A stretch of 64,000 nt of DNA from Candidatus Terraquivivens tengchongensis (GCA_023261845.1 JALNJZ010000001.1:128001-192000), one strand, 5' to 3'. Positions 39,148 through 50,878 are shown, counted from the first letter of the stretch. The notes: a model not told the origin generated them from the letters alone. A program made the numbers and translations.

Positions 39148-39255
39148 TGGGGCCGGTGGGGTTCGAACCCACGACCTCCGCCGTTTCCCAGCAATATCAT
39201 GGCGCCGTGAGGGCGGCCTTATGCGAAACGCGTCATACCGCTAGACCACGGCCCC
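39148..39255 (-). tRNA. tRNA-Val(CAC) with two introns: 14 nt at 25/26 (39218-39231) and 22 nt at 36/37 (39185-39206)
   Basis: Acceptor stem GGGGCCG/CGGCCCC-A; intron 1 in a strict BHB GCGG[TATG][AC^G]CG-TTT-CG[CATA][AG^G]CCGC; intron 2 in a relaxed BHB in the same register as tRNA-Val(GAC); 72-nt mature tRNA. Confidence 0.85.
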
Positions 39256-39312
39256 AATCCTCGCTAACCGTTTTCGATTTTCCTCTAAATAACTCTTAAA
39301 GGCGGCGATACT

Positions 39313-40170
39313 TTAGACCCTTCGTCCGATGCTTTCCGGGGAGATCTTCTTGCCCATGAAGAATGATGCCGTCAGCCCGAACGCCAGTACGGTGCCGCCC
39401 GCTATTATGAACAGATTCTTGACCCAAAAGATGTATTCGGGCTTAATGACCTTGCTGAATATAGCATCGCCAAAGGGCGTCATAACCACACCTATGTAAA
39501 TGGCCACGAACAACAAGAATATCATGAGTGAGTTGTAGAACAGGTCTCTAGGTTTGTCGTTACCGAAAACCTCAGACCTTACGACCGTGGCAAACCTTTC
39601 AGATACGATCGGCGCTACCCCTCTGTAAAGAGGAGGTACTAAAGCAATGACGAATGGTATCATCGTAACCATCCAGAACAACGTGAGACCGAGTATCGTA
39701 AGAAGTTTCTCGCCAATAGTCCATGCTGCCCACTTCGGTACAGCAAAGGAAAAGTAGGCCGTTGTACCGGTCGCTGCTATGAAGTTTCCAACGAATAACG
39801 ATATAACGCTACTTGAGATGAAGGAACGCCATGCCCTACTTTTTGATAGCAACCAACTCAACAAGTAAAAACCAACGAAATTCCCCGGAACACCCGATAC
39901 CAAACTCAGTACAGGGTTACTTAGACCGAACGTAGCGAGGATAAAGCTAGCCATAAATGTGCCTATAGCAGCACCTGTTCCTGCTATGAAGGGTGTGGAG
40001 ATTAGCGCAAACAAGACGGGCACTATTACGCCAGGCCTGAAGTGACCCACACCCCAAGGAGTAGGTATAGGCGAAGTGGCTGCCGAGGCGGCTGCGTAAA
40101 GCGCAGCGCAAATTGCGATAAGCGCGACCGTCTTGCTTATGTTCTTATGAGTTTCCTTCGCATTAGACAT
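39313..40170 (-). CDS. ECF transporter S-component-like membrane protein
   Basis: VALIAICAALYA, GHFRPGVIVP, GAAIG; ~8 TM helices. Confidence 0.6.
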   Translation of the reverse strand: MSNAKETHKNISKTVALIAICAALYAAASAATSPIPTPWGVGHFRPGVIVPVLFALISTPFIAGTGAAIGTFMASFILATFGLSNPVLSLVSGVPGNFVGFYLLSWLLSKSRAWRSFISSSVISLFVGNFIAATGTTAYFSFAVPKWAAWTIGEKLLTILGLTLFWMVTMIPFVIALVPPLYRGVAPIVSERFATVVRSEVFGNDKPRDLFYNSLMIFLLFVAIYIGVVMTPFGDAIFSKVIKPEYIFWVKNLFIIAGGTVLAFGLTASFFMGKKISPESIGRRV

Positions 40171-40285
40171 AATTACCCTAAATTACTTAAATCTGGACTG
40201 TAAAAAGGCTAGCCGAATTAAACTACGTAACTTACGTATGATTCGTCAACATATGATAACGTTGGCTCAGTTTTAAACCAGGTTA

Positions 40286-41701
40286 TTATCCGCCCTTTGC
40301 TTTGTAATACTTGCGAATGTGCTCCTCCTTTATCTTCGTTAATTCCTGTTCAGGCAAGCTCGATAGTATCTCCCAAGCTATTTTCAGCGTGTCATCTAAA
40401 GACCTGTTTTCGTCATAACCCTGCTTTAAGAACCTCTGTTCGAATAGATCACCGAATTCCAAGTACTTTATGTCAGTTGCAGATAGACCAGATCTTCCGA
40501 CTATCTCGGCCAGAGCTCTTAGCTGAACCGCCTTCGAGTATGCCGCGTAGAGCTGGTTGCATACGTCACCGTGGTCTGCTCTCGTCCTCTTCTCAGCTAT
40601 TATTCCGGGCCCCATCAATCTACTCAGAGACATTAGTACGTTTATCGGCGGGTATATCCCTTTTCTGTAAAGTTCTCTGCTCAGAACTATTTGACCTTCG
40701 GTGATGTAACCTGTTAGGTCTGGTATGGGATGTGTGATATCGTCGCTCGGCATACTCAAGATTGGCATCTGTGTCACGCTACCCTTTTTTCCTTTTATCC
40801 TTCCAGCCCTCTCGTAGATTGATGCCAAGTCCGTGTACATGTATCCTGGATAACCCTTTCTTCCTGGAACTTCTTCTCTTGCGGCGCTTATTTCTCGTAG
40901 GCTTTCGCAGTAATTGGTAATGTCTGTTAGGATTACGAGCACATGATAGTCATGCCAAAAAGCAAGGTACTCGGCTAGCGTCAGCGCTATCCTTGGTGTT
41001 ATGAGTCTCTCTATTGCTGGGTCGTCCGCCAAGTTTAGGAAGAGGGCACTTCTAGATATCGCTCCACTCTTCTCGAGGCTCTCTTTAAAGAATCTAGCTT
41101 CGTCATTCTGAACACCTATGGCAGCGAACACGACTGCGAACTCCTCTTCCTTGCCGGGGACCGTAGCCTGTCTTGCTATTTGTGCTGCTAGCATGTTATG
41201 CGGCAACCCTGCACCAGAGAATATCGGTAACTTCTGCCCTCTGACGAGTGAGTTCATCCCGTCTATTGCCGAGATACCCGTCTGTATGAAATCGCTTGGG
41301 TACTCACGCCTTTCGGGGTTAATAGGCTCACCGTTTACATCTCTGAATTCCCTCGGTATCGGCTCTGGTAGCCCGTCAAGTGGTCTTCCAAGACCGTCAA
41401 AGACCCTACCGAGCATATCCTCTGATACACCAAGCTCCATAACTCTGCCTAGGAATCTTGCAACAGTCCCTTCTATCGAAAGACCTTGTGTCCCTTCGAA
41501 TACTTGGACGACTGCTTTGCCCATTCCGACTTCAAGAACTTTTGCTAAACGTCTCTCACCTTCTCTTGTCTCTATCTCCACGAGTTCATCGTAGGATGCT
41601 TTCGTCACGCCCTCTATTACCATCAACGGACCTTTTATTTCGCTAATAGTTCCGTACGTTAAGCCAGCTGGTACCGACCTTCTTTCCTTGCTCAGACTCA
41701 T
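40286..41701 (-). CDS. atpB: A/V-type ATP synthase subunit B
   Basis: [51 protein letters not shown]. Confidence 0.97.
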   Translation of the reverse strand: MSLSKERRSVPAGLTYGTISEIKGPLMVIEGVTKASYDELVEIETREGERRLAKVLEVGMGKAVVQVFEGTQGLSIEGTVARFLGRVMELGVSEDMLGRVFDGLGRPLDGLPEPIPREFRDVNGEPINPERREYPSDFIQTGISAIDGMNSLVRGQKLPIFSGAGLPHNMLAAQIARQATVPGKEEEFAVVFAAIGVQNDEARFFKESLEKSGAISRSALFLNLADDPAIERLITPRIALTLAEYLAFWHDYHVLVILTDITNYCESLREISAAREEVPGRKGYPGYMYTDLASIYERAGRIKGKKGSVTQMPILSMPSDDITHPIPDLTGYITEGQIVLSRELYRKGIYPPINVLMSLSRLMGPGIIAEKRTRADHGDVCNQLYAAYSKAVQLRALAEIVGRSGLSATDIKYLEFGDLFEQRFLKQGYDENRSLDDTLKIAWEILSSLPEQELTKIKEEHIRKYYKAKGG

Positions 41702-43482
41702 ATCGTTGTCACGACCTCCTTTGCCATGAGTTTCTCAAACTCGGATTTCATCGTCTCAAGCAACACGTCAAGTTTCTCAACCTCATCGTTCCTAACTTCT
41801 GACTTAGCTCTGATAAGCTTAGATATTATTGGCATACTCCTTATGCTCTTCAACGGCACGCCCCGCCTAAGAGCTTCCACCGCTAGCTTGTGAAACTCTG
41901 CAAAGAGTCTTAGCAACTTGACTTGCTTTCTCACGTCGCAATAGGCATCAACTTCGTCATAGGCGCTTTGTTGCAAGAACCCTTCCCTTACCATCCTAGC
42001 CACGTCTAACAACAACTTCTCCTCCTCAGGCAGGGCTTCTGGTCCGAGGAGTCTCACTATTTCTAAGAGTTCGTCCTCTCTTCGTAGTATGGAGTAGACA
42101 TAAGACCTGAGCTCTGACCAATCCTTGCTCACATGCGACTCCCAGTATATCTTGACTGTATCTATGTAGCCTGAGTAGCTTGTTATCCAGTTAATTGCCG
42201 GATAATGTCTGCTATACGCTAAGTTTGGGTCAAGGCCCCAGAAGGTCCTTATAAAGCGCATTGTGTGAGTAGTTACCGGTTCCGTGAAGTCACCACCAGG
42301 TGGACTGACTGCACCTATTAGCGTGACGCTCCCAACCCTTTCGGGTCTTCCAATGGTCTCAACCCTTCCGGCCCTCTCGTAGAATTCAGCAAGCCTGCTG
42401 GCAAGGTAGCTCGGATAACCTTCCTCAGCCGGCATCTCCTCAAGCCTACCACTTATCTCCCTAAGTGCCTCAGCCCACCTACTTGTTGAGTCCGCAACCA
42501 GAAGTACGTCATACCCCATATCTCTATAGAACTCTGCCATAGTGACGCCCGTGTATATACTAGCTTCCCTCGCGGCCACGGGCATGTTGCTCGTATTCGC
42601 TATCAGAGTCGTCCTTTCCATGAGAGGTCTTCCGCTATATGGGTCGGTGAGTTCCGGGAACTTCGTTAAAACTTCTGCCTCTTCGTTCCCTCTCTCGCCA
42701 CAACCAACGTGGAATATCACCTTAGCATCACTCCACTTGGCTAGGTTATGTAACATAACGGTCTTGCCCGTCCCGAATGCGCCGGGTATGCACCCGGTTC
42801 CTCCCTTTGCTATTGGAAAGAAAGTATCTATGACCCTTTGGCCTGTGATGAGCGGTATCTCTGGATTGAGTCTCTTCCTGAAAGGTCTTGGTGTCCTGAC
42901 AGGCCAGCGATGGTACAGCTTTATCTCCTCACTCACGCCACCCTTAGATAGCACTGCAATAGTATCCTCAAGCGTGTAATCACCCTCTTCTACTATGTTA
43001 ATGACCTCTCCACCCTTGCTGTTGGGTTGCACCATTATCTTGCACTCGATCAAAGGTGTCTCTTGGACAACACCCACAAAATCCCCTGGGTTGAGTATAT
43101 CACCTTTCTTTGCAAGCGGTCTGAATCTCCACTTTTTCTTGAACGGTAGCGGAGGAACTTGGATTCCCCTCTTTATAAATGGTCCGACGGTAGACGCAAT
43201 TCTGTCTAAGGGTCTTTGAACCCCATCATAGATGCTTCCTATTATTCCAGGACCCAGCATAACTGAAAGCGGCTCTCCAGTACCATAAACAGGCTCCCCT
43301 GGTGATAACCCGCTCGTGTTCTCATAAACTTGTATAAAGGCCGTATCACCTGTCAGCCTTATTATCTCGCCTATGAGCTTCTCCTCACCGACGTAAACCA
43401 TCTCATACATCTTTGCACCAAGCATACCATCTGCCTTTACTGCAGGTCCTGCAATCCATATTATTCTGCCTTTGACTTTCAT
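41698..43482 (-). CDS. atpA: A/V-type ATP synthase subunit A
   Basis: [29 protein letters not shown]; no intein. Confidence 0.97.
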   Translation of the reverse strand: MKVKGRIIWIAGPAVKADGMLGAKMYEMVYVGEEKLIGEIIRLTGDTAFIQVYENTSGLSPGEPVYGTGEPLSVMLGPGIIGSIYDGVQRPLDRIASTVGPFIKRGIQVPPLPFKKKWRFRPLAKKGDILNPGDFVGVVQETPLIECKIMVQPNSKGGEVINIVEEGDYTLEDTIAVLSKGGVSEEIKLYHRWPVRTPRPFRKRLNPEIPLITGQRVIDTFFPIAKGGTGCIPGAFGTGKTVMLHNLAKWSDAKVIFHVGCGERGNEEAEVLTKFPELTDPYSGRPLMERTTLIANTSNMPVAAREASIYTGVTMAEFYRDMGYDVLLVADSTSRWAEALREISGRLEEMPAEEGYPSYLASRLAEFYERAGRVETIGRPERVGSVTLIGAVSPPGGDFTEPVTTHTMRFIRTFWGLDPNLAYSRHYPAINWITSYSGYIDTVKIYWESHVSKDWSELRSYVYSILRREDELLEIVRLLGPEALPEEEKLLLDVARMVREGFLQQSAYDEVDAYCDVRKQVKLLRLFAEFHKLAVEALRRGVPLKSIRSMPIISKLIRAKSEVRNDEVEKLDVLLETMKSEFEKLMAKEVVTTI

Positions 43483-43523
43483 AAAATGTCCACCACCTAA
43501 CAATATCGATTTATATTAATACC

Positions 43524-44126
43524 TTATTCGGTAGTCAATATTCTGGCGACTTCCTTTCGAAGAAGCGGTCTTAGACGCCTCAGCCTTCCCTCAACCGTGT
43601 TATCGAAGACTCTTTTTCCATCCAAGCTACTAACCTTTAGGCCAGCTGTACAGTCTATTGGTTCGTCACCAACGTATACTCTGAAACCTGTACTCGTAGA
43701 AACTTCATCAGCTAATTCCTTCAGTATGTCCATGCTCTCTGCATTTGTCCATACCTTTACATCGCTTCCTATGGCGTTTAGACCCTCAAGAAGTAACTTC
43801 CTCATAACATCCTTGTATTCCGGCATGGTTGGAGCACGTCTCAACTTTTCCATGCTACGCTCTATGACCATGTTAACGTATTCTTCGATAAGCGCGAGCG
43901 TCTCATTCTTGGCCTCGACCTCCGCTATGCCCAATATCCTAGACCTCTCCAGCCCGGCCTGTCTCTTGGCCGATTCTATTATTTCCGTAGCCTCAGCATC
44001 GGTTTCACGCATTTCATTCTCTAAAAGCTCCATGGCCTCCTTCTCAGCCGCGTCTAGTAGGGAAAGGCACTCTTTCATGGTTTCCTCAGCAACTTTTTTG
44101 ATGACCCTATCCAAGGCATCCGACAT
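43524..44126 (-). CDS. atpE: A/V-type ATP synthase subunit E
   Basis: N-terminal coiled coil, DG..VFDNTVEGRL; upstream of atpA. Confidence 0.88.
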   Translation of the reverse strand: MSDALDRVIKKVAEETMKECLSLLDAAEKEAMELLENEMRETDAEATEIIESAKRQAGLERSRILGIAEVEAKNETLALIEEYVNMVIERSMEKLRRAPTMPEYKDVMRKLLLEGLNAIGSDVKVWTNAESMDILKELADEVSTSTGFRVYVGDEPIDCTAGLKVSSLDGKRVFDNTVEGRLRRLRPLLRKEVARILTTE

Positions 44127-44256
44127 AACCTTTCGGACGATAGTGGTCCTATTTCAGGTATATAAATTGCTACTCCAGCTGTGATTAAAGAGAGCAAAAT
44201 CCTTAAACTAGCAAAAGTACAACACCTTTCATTTTACTTAGCAAATCTAGGTCCTT

Positions 44257-44553
44257 CTATATTCCCAAAACTTGCCTAAGCAAAGTCCTGTAGTCCATGC
44301 CCTTCGTGCTTGTTGAAGGAGAGGGTAGCACATATATAAGCGGCATAGATTTTTTGGACCTTATTTCGTTTATTTCATTTCTTATCTCATACGTCAGTTC
44401 TTCGGACAGTAGTATCAATCCTACCTCCGGGTCGCTCATTAACTTGTTAACGGTCGAAAGCACCTCCTTTGCATCAGTGACTTCTATTCCTCCGGCGCCG
44501 GCAAGCCTAAAACCCATTATAAAGCTCCTGCTACCTACGGCTACTACTCGCAT
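44257..44553 (-). CDS. atpF: A/V-type ATP synthase subunit F
   Basis: VAVGSRSFIMGFRLAG, PLIYVLP, RQVLGI. Confidence 0.9.
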   Translation of the reverse strand: MRVVAVGSRSFIMGFRLAGAGGIEVTDAKEVLSTVNKLMSDPEVGLILLSEELTYEIRNEINEIRSKKSMPLIYVLPSPSTSTKGMDYRTLLRQVLGI

Positions 44554-44669
44554 CGCTTATTTTACCACCCCGTGCTTTATATAAAGACTCACACTTTTTT
44601 TATAAATGAAGCCCTATAGATATGCCCTTATACTTCAAGCACGTACCTTTACATGGTGTAGAAAGGTCC

Positions 44670-45707
44670 ATGGGTGTGAAGCTGGGCGACATAATTACGC
44701 CCGAAGCCGTCCAGACCATAGCTCTGGAGGCGCTTAAGGGAAGAGTCATAGCGCTGGATGCTTTTAATATGCTCTACCAATTCTTGGCAACGATCAGGGG
44801 GCCTGACGGAAGACCCCTTATGGATAGTAGGGGAAGGATTACCAGTCACCTCAGCGGCCTATTCTTCAGGACTGTCAACCTACTAGAAAAGGGAATAAAA
44901 CCGGTCTACGTCTTCGATGGAAGGCCTCCAGAGCTGAAGAGGGCAACGGTCGAGAAGAGAATGGAGTTGAGGAAAGAGGCTGGGGAGCTTTACGAGAGGG
45001 CCCTGTTAGCAGGCGATATAGAGGCTGCTAGGAAGTATGCACAAAGGGCTACGACGCTCGAGGAATATATGTTAGAGAGCTCGAAGAAGCTTCTTGATGC
45101 TATGGGAATACCAACAGTTCAAGCACCATCAGAAGGCGAAGCACAAGCCGCATACATGGCCGCAAAGGGCGATGTTTATGCGTCCGCTTCTCAAGATATG
45201 GACTCGCTCCTCTTCGGTTCACCAAGGCTTGTGAGAAACTTGTCTATAGTCGGAAAGCGAAAGCTTCCAGGCAAGAAAGCATACGTTGAGGTCGAGCCTG
45301 AGTTGATAAGCCTTGATGCCTTGCTCTCGTCCTTAGGAATAACACGAGAACTTTTGATAGATATCGGAATACTCGTGGGAACGGACTACTGTGAAGGTGT
45401 GAAAGGGATAGGCCCAAAGAAGGCCCTTAAACTTGTAAAGGAATATGGAAGTGCCGAAAAGGTCCTAGAAGCGCTGAACGTGACTCTAGAAGTCCCTCCA
45501 GGAGTAATAAGACAAATCTTTCTCAAACCAAATGTAACTGACAACTACACGCTTAAGTGGAAAGGAATAGATTATGCGACCGTAAAGTCGATACTTTGTG
45601 ACGAACATGACTTTTCATCCGATAGAGTAGACAAAGCGTTAGCCGAGCTGAAGGTGGCTTTAGAGAAAGGTAAAGGAGAGACGAGTTTGGATGCCTGGTT
45701 AGGTTAA
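44670..45707 (+). CDS. fen: Flap endonuclease 1
   Basis: MGV start, DAFNMLYQFL, YVFDG, APSEGEAQAA, SQDMDSLLFG, GTDY, C-terminal PIP-like ETSLDAWL. Confidence 0.96.
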   Translation: MGVKLGDIITPEAVQTIALEALKGRVIALDAFNMLYQFLATIRGPDGRPLMDSRGRITSHLSGLFFRTVNLLEKGIKPVYVFDGRPPELKRATVEKRMELRKEAGELYERALLAGDIEAARKYAQRATTLEEYMLESSKKLLDAMGIPTVQAPSEGEAQAAYMAAKGDVYASASQDMDSLLFGSPRLVRNLSIVGKRKLPGKKAYVEVEPELISLDALLSSLGITRELLIDIGILVGTDYCEGVKGIGPKKALKLVKEYGSAEKVLEALNVTLEVPPGVIRQIFLKPNVTDNYTLKWKGIDYATVKSILCDEHDFSSDRVDKALAELKVALEKGKGETSLDAWLG

Positions 45708-45925
45708 GCCTCGATGAGCTCTATCAACTTTCGTTCAGCATCCAAGCTTATGACCCTAACCTTCTCGTGCATTTCCAGTTTTAGCAGAACTTGTCTGAGT
45801 ATTTCTGGCATTAACTCTAAGCCCCTTGCTCTGAGTTCGTCCAACAGATTCTGTTCTAGTGCCTTTCCGCCCATCCTTCGCAAAGTTTCCAAGAGTGTAG
45901 AATAAACCTCTGCTCTTATATTCAT
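45704..45925 (-). CDS. Small wHTH-like hypothetical protein downstream of cdc48
   Basis: 73 aa; LLKLEMHEKVRV winged-helix-like end. Confidence 0.5.
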   Translation of the reverse strand: MNIRAEVYSTLLETLRRMGGKALEQNLLDELRARGLELMPEILRQVLLKLEMHEKVRVISLDAERKLIELIEA

Positions 45926-45931
45926 AGGTTT

Positions 45932-48106
45932 TCATCCTATCATGGTTAGGGGCTTTTCTGAGGACTTGAGGATTTCGCCCATCTTTTCATATTCCTTAAT
46001 CATGTGCGGCGATAGACTTGGCTTCACAATCCTGAGGGCCTCTTGGAAGTCCTGTCTTGTCACAATCTCTGGTTCCCCTCCTCTTCTGATAGTGGATAGG
46101 GCAGCTTCTCTACACAATGATTCCAGGTCGGCGCCAGAATAACCTTCGGTCATGCTCGCAATTTCTTCGAGGGATACATCATCCGCGAGCGGCATCTTAG
46201 CTGTGTATATCTTCAGTATCTGAAGCCTTGCTTTTTCGTCAGGTGGCGGTACATATATCAGCCTGTCAAACCTGCCCGGTCTGAGTATGGCCGGATCCAG
46301 CAGGTCTGGCCTGTTGGTCGCACCCACGACGACTACTCCATTCAGATCTTCTATTCCATCCATTTCAGCTAAGAGCTGACTTGCTACTCTATGCGATACA
46401 CCAGAGCTATCCTCTAAGAAGTCTTTTCTAGGAATTATAGACTCGATCTCATCCAGGAACACTATACATGGCGCTGCCTGCCTAGCCTTCCTGAATATCT
46501 CCCTAATGGCCTTCTCCGATTCTCCAACCCATTTACTGAATATCTCAGGCCCCTTTATGGATATGAAGTTGGCCTCGCTCTCCGTAGCTATCGCCTTGGC
46601 CAGGAGAGTCTTACCGCAGCCAGGTGGACCGTAAAGTAGTATGCCCTTCGGAGGCTTTATGCCAAGTCTCTCGAACTTTTCAGGGTACTTGAGCGGCCAC
46701 TCGATCGCCTCCCTTAACCTTTGCTTCACCTCCTCAAGTCCGCCCACCTGATCCCATCTCACTGTTGGTGTCTCTATCTCGACTTCCCTAAGGGCAGTGG
46801 GCGTTATGTCTTTGTAGGCATCTAGGAAGTCCTTCATGGTCACTGTGAGACTGTTCAACAATTCTGGTGATATCTTATCCTCCGAGAAGTCTATGCTCGG
46901 CAATATCCTTCGTATAGCCCTCATAGCAGCTTCCCTGCAGAGTGCAGCTATGTCAGCTCCAGTGTAACCTCTTGTGATATCGGCTAGCTTATCTAAGTCA
47001 ACGCTCTCATCGAGTGGCATACCTCTTGTATGTATATCGAGTATCTCCTTCCTGGCCTTCTTGTCCGGTATTCCAATCTCTATTTCCCTATCAAACCTAC
47101 CAGGTCTCCTCAGAGCAGGATCTAGTGCATTTGGCCTATTCGTCGCACCTATAACAATCACAGAACCTCTTGACTCTAAACCATCCATGAGTGCAAGGAG
47201 CTGGGCTACAACTCTCTTCTCAACTTCGCCCGTTACCTCACTCCTCTTAGGAGCTATCGCATCTATCTCGTCGATGAAGATTATGCTTGGAGCCTCTTCC
47301 TCAGCCTTCCTGAATATCTCCCTAAGTCGGGCTTCGGTCTCTCCATAATATTTGTTCATGATCTCAGGTCCGTTTATGAGTATGAAATTAGCGTCAGCCT
47401 CTGTCGCGACAGCCTTGGCCAGGAGAGTCTTACCGCAGCCAGGTGGACCGTAAAGTAGTATGCCTTTTGGCGGGTCTATACCAAGTTTCTGGAAAAGCTC
47501 AGGATACCTCAATGGAAGCTCTATCAACTCCCTTATCCTTTGTATCTGCTCCTGAAGACCTCCTATATCTTCGTAAGTCACGCTAGTTCTGAATACCCTC
47601 TCTTGGACGGACCTGGCCTGAATGATAAGTTTTGTCCTAGGAGTTATCTTAACGATTCCCATAGGTCTTGTCTGTATGACGGCAAACGTAAACAAGTTGC
47701 CGAAGAAGAGGACAGGCACTATGTTCTTCTGAACTGTTGGATACTCTATCAGCCTACTCTTCACAAGTTTTATAAAATTCTCGTCAGGTTTGATCGAATT
47801 ATTTACAGGTGCAAGTATAACTAACTGGGCTTCCCTTACTTGCGCCTTCCTGACTGTTACATAATCGTTTAGGGATACACCAGCATTACTTCTTATATAA
47901 CCATCTATCCTTATCGTGTCCTTCTCATCTTCTGTGTAGCCCAACCACAGCGTAGCAGCCGTGACTTTCTTACCCCTTATCTCTATTATGTCTCCGGTCG
48001 TGAGGCCGGCAGAGGCTCCGACGTCCTTGTCGATTCTTGCTATACCATAACCAACATCACGCTGCTTCGCTTCGACGACCCTAAGTCTAAGCTCCTTGCT
48101 ACTCAT
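45932..48106 (-). CDS. cdc48: CDC48/VCP family AAA+ ATPase
   Basis: N-domain plus two AAA modules, each with GPPGCGKT, a Walker B (DEI) and RPGRFDR. Confidence 0.96.
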   Translation of the reverse strand: MSSKELRLRVVEAKQRDVGYGIARIDKDVGASAGLTTGDIIEIRGKKVTAATLWLGYTEDEKDTIRIDGYIRSNAGVSLNDYVTVRKAQVREAQLVILAPVNNSIKPDENFIKLVKSRLIEYPTVQKNIVPVLFFGNLFTFAVIQTRPMGIVKITPRTKLIIQARSVQERVFRTSVTYEDIGGLQEQIQRIRELIELPLRYPELFQKLGIDPPKGILLYGPPGCGKTLLAKAVATEADANFILINGPEIMNKYYGETEARLREIFRKAEEEAPSIIFIDEIDAIAPKRSEVTGEVEKRVVAQLLALMDGLESRGSVIVIGATNRPNALDPALRRPGRFDREIEIGIPDKKARKEILDIHTRGMPLDESVDLDKLADITRGYTGADIAALCREAAMRAIRRILPSIDFSEDKISPELLNSLTVTMKDFLDAYKDITPTALREVEIETPTVRWDQVGGLEEVKQRLREAIEWPLKYPEKFERLGIKPPKGILLYGPPGCGKTLLAKAIATESEANFISIKGPEIFSKWVGESEKAIREIFRKARQAAPCIVFLDEIESIIPRKDFLEDSSGVSHRVASQLLAEMDGIEDLNGVVVVGATNRPDLLDPAILRPGRFDRLIYVPPPDEKARLQILKIYTAKMPLADDVSLEEIASMTEGYSGADLESLCREAALSTIRRGGEPEIVTRQDFQEALRIVKPSLSPHMIKEYEKMGEILKSSEKPLTMIG
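46593..46645. repeat. 53-bp exact intragenic repeat (second copy 47412-47464) covering both CDC48 Walker A regions
   Basis: GCCTTGGCCAGGAGAGTCTTACCGCAGCCAGGTGGACCGTAAAGTAGTATGCC occurs twice, 819 bp apart. Confidence 0.9.
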
Positions 48107-48176
48107 TTCACCAAAAACAACCAGCGTGCATTATTTAAGTATAGTTTGGAGGGAGGGGGTTGTGAGTTTAAAATAC

Positions 48177-48443
48177 CTAAACCCTAGTTACGAATTCTGT
48201 CATGAATTCCTGTATTTCAGGAAAACTCCTTAAGTAGTCCTCAAGGGTATGGACGTAACCCTCTTCGTCTGGCAAGATAAATGCCACTAGAAGACATTCT
48301 GCTCCAAAGGCGAGGGGCTCCTTCCTACTCTCGCGTAGCTCTATACCCTTAGGAAGGCCCTTAGATATTTTATCGATCAACCCATCCAAATCGACATTCT
48401 CATCAGCCGGCATTATCCTGATGAGCGTAGCTACCTTACCCAA
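48177..48443 (-). CDS. ef1b: Elongation factor 1-beta
   Basis: IRIMP..VDLDGL, EPLAFG; follows the DUF1610 zinc-finger gene, a conserved archaeal pair. Confidence 0.88.
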   Translation of the reverse strand: MGKVATLIRIMPADENVDLDGLIDKISKGLPKGIELRESRKEPLAFGAECLLVAFILPDEEGYVHTLEDYLRSFPEIQEFMTEFVTRV

Positions 48444-48455
48444 AAACTAAACCTC

Positions 48456-48632
48456 CTACGGTCCTTCGAATCCACATGATGGGCAGACGTAAGGTCTCGC
48501 CAATTCTCTGCAAACTCTGCACCTCCATATCGTCACCCTTCCGCAGTTTGGACATGGAAAACTTACTGCCCTCTCGCCTGGCAGTATTGACCTGTGACAC
48601 CATGAGCACATTGGAAGCGTTACCTGCTTCAT
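48456..48632 (-). CDS. DUF1610 (HVO_2753-like) zinc finger protein
   Basis: MKQVTLPMCSWCHRSILPGERAVSFPCPNCGRVTIWRCRVCRELARPYVCPSCGFEGP (below the ORF-track cutoff). Confidence 0.9.
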   Translation of the reverse strand: MKQVTLPMCSWCHRSILPGERAVSFPCPNCGRVTIWRCRVCRELARPYVCPSCGFEGP

Positions 48633-48681
48633 TTCAACGTATGCTGAGTTCTTCGCTACTATAAAAGTATGAATTTCTAAC

Positions 48682-49857
48682 TTATGGGATTCCTAGAGCG
48701 TCTTTTAACACTTGGAAAATTGTTCTAATAAAAAGTTTAAAGGCGGTGCCTGACTTAAGCATGGCCTTTACTGTATCTCCATGCCTATCCATATCTCCTT
48801 TAGAGCTTAACCATGCATCTAGACCAATATCGCTGGCTGCCTTGAACATGGGATCGTAGAGTTTTAACGGAATGTGAGAAATGAGAAGGCGCAACCTATA
48901 CATGGATTTCAGCTGACTATATATTTTATTCATTCTTTCTTGATATTCATGAGTACCTGTTCCGTTCAGTAGAAAGTTTGCAACATATCTTCCCGTCTCG
49001 ATGGCGCAAAGGCCGCCGTAAACTACACCACCACCAGTCGTAGCCTTCACATGACCAGCTACGTCCCCGACGGGTAAAACTCTACAGTTCTGGTGAAGTT
49101 CAAGCGGTGGACCAGCGTATATCGATGCTGAGGTTGTTGAAAGAATCTTAGTATGTTTAAACTCTTCTTGCAAGAAACGAAAGAGCAGACTTTTCGTATC
49201 CTTCTTTGCAGCAACGCCCAGCTTTCCCAGATCATCATCGATCGGAACTAAGTACGCGAAAAAATCCTTAAGGTATTTCTTAAAGTATAGGTAAACGAAG
49301 TTCTTATCCATTCGATGATTTTCCACAACCACTTGGATTATTGGAATCCAACCTTTAGGTCTCCAGTTTTTCCATATGTGTCTTGCCAAGAATCCGGAAC
49401 GACCTTCCGCATCAACGACCATCTTAGCACGTAGCAAAGCATCTGATGTCTTAACAAAAGATACATCGTCACTTGGAACTATCCTGACAACAGCTTTACC
49501 GGTAACTATATCTGCACCATTAAGCGCTGCCCTATGTGCTAGGAATTTGTCGAATAATTCACGATTCGAAACGATTGCTATCGGTCTCTTTGTATCCAGA
49601 ATGAACGACCTTCCAGAAGGTGAGAAGAATACTGCACCCCTAACAATGTTCTGAATATATGAATGATCTAGCGGTATACCAAGCATCTTAAGGCCGGATA
49701 TGCTGAAGAGACCAGCACACCTTTCGGGCTTTCCTACTTCATCGTGTTCTTCAAGTACAAGCACACTGCAACCCATACTAGCGACTTCCTTAGCTGTAAG
49801 AAGTCCAGCAGGTCCCGCACCCACTACAACAACATCATAATCGCTATTTTGCATCAT
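48682..49857 (-). CDS. Geranylgeranyl reductase family FAD-dependent oxidoreductase
   Basis: VVGAGPAG, PERCAGL, VGDVAGHVKATTGGGV. Confidence 0.85.
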   Translation of the reverse strand: MMQNSDYDVVVVGAGPAGLLTAKEVASMGCSVLVLEEHDEVGKPERCAGLFSISGLKMLGIPLDHSYIQNIVRGAVFFSPSGRSFILDTKRPIAIVSNRELFDKFLAHRAALNGADIVTGKAVVRIVPSDDVSFVKTSDALLRAKMVVDAEGRSGFLARHIWKNWRPKGWIPIIQVVVENHRMDKNFVYLYFKKYLKDFFAYLVPIDDDLGKLGVAAKKDTKSLLFRFLQEEFKHTKILSTTSASIYAGPPLELHQNCRVLPVGDVAGHVKATTGGGVVYGGLCAIETGRYVANFLLNGTGTHEYQERMNKIYSQLKSMYRLRLLISHIPLKLYDPMFKAASDIGLDAWLSSKGDMDRHGDTVKAMLKSGTAFKLFIRTIFQVLKDALGIP

Positions 49858-49885
49858 ATATCGCCGTTGTGGTCTTAAGACGTTA

Positions 49886-50878
49886 TCATTGTACCATTTT
49901 CTTACCTAAAAGAACATCTTTATTCACAAGGTTCTTGGGTGGCATACCGTTGAGTATTCTTATCGCATCCTCTGCTACTGACCTCTTAAGTCGCTTTAAT
50001 GCCTCCTCTGTATACCATGCTATATGAGGTGTCAAGACGACGTTGTCAAGTTTGAAGAGTGGATTATTCGTATTCGGAGGTTCATTCTCGTATACATCAA
50101 GCGCTGCGCCAGCTATCCATCCATCCCTTAGCGCTTTGTAAAGCGCGTCCTCTTTCACTATTGGGCCCCTAGAAGTGTTAATTAGATATGCTGTTTTCTT
50201 CATCTTCTTTAACTCTTGCTCACCTATCATTCCTCGCGTCTCGGGCGTTAATGGTGCATGAATGGACACGAAATCGGAATTTTTTAACAAAGTATCCAAA
50301 TCAACGAGTTCCACACCCAACGAACTTGCTCTATCTTTTTCGATGTAAGGATCGTATGCCATGACCTTCATACCAAAAGCTTTGGCTCTAATAGCAACAG
50401 CACTTCCTATGTTACCTATACCTATCAGACCTAACACTTTACCTTCTAAATCAGTACCCATTAGTTCTATCGGCTGTTGTGTCCAAACCTTCCAACTGGC
50501 ACTTTTAATTATACGGTCAGCTAATATAATCTTTCTGGCCAATGCAAGCAGTAATGCGAACGTATGTTCTGCTACAGTTCCTATACAATAGTCCGGCACA
50601 TTAGCAACGTATACTCCCATTTCCGTCGCTGCTCGTATATCCACATTGTCCAAACCTATACCATATCTCACGATTCCTTTCAAACGTGGTGCTGATTCAA
50701 TTATTCTCTTAGTGATTTTTGCATAAACAACTAACATTACATCTACATCTTTTACTTCAGCAAGTAAATCGTCTTCTGTTATACCTTTTGCTAACCTGAC
50801 AGCTGCATATTTTTCAAGGATTTTCCACTCTTCTTCAATAAACGGAGTGGGTTCTGTTATCAAAACTTTCTTGTCCAT
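49886..50878 (-). CDS. D-isomer-specific 2-hydroxyacid dehydrogenase
   Basis: GIGLDNVD, GIGNIG, INTSRG, ALDVYENEP, TPHIAW. Confidence 0.9.
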   Translation of the reverse strand: MDKKVLITEPTPFIEEEWKILEKYAAVRLAKGITEDDLLAEVKDVDVMLVVYAKITKRIIESAPRLKGIVRYGIGLDNVDIRAATEMGVYVANVPDYCIGTVAEHTFALLLALARKIILADRIIKSASWKVWTQQPIELMGTDLEGKVLGLIGIGNIGSAVAIRAKAFGMKVMAYDPYIEKDRASSLGVELVDLDTLLKNSDFVSIHAPLTPETRGMIGEQELKKMKKTAYLINTSRGPIVKEDALYKALRDGWIAGAALDVYENEPPNTNNPLFKLDNVVLTPHIAWYTEEALKRLKRSVAEDAIRILNGMPPKNLVNKDVLLGKKMVQ

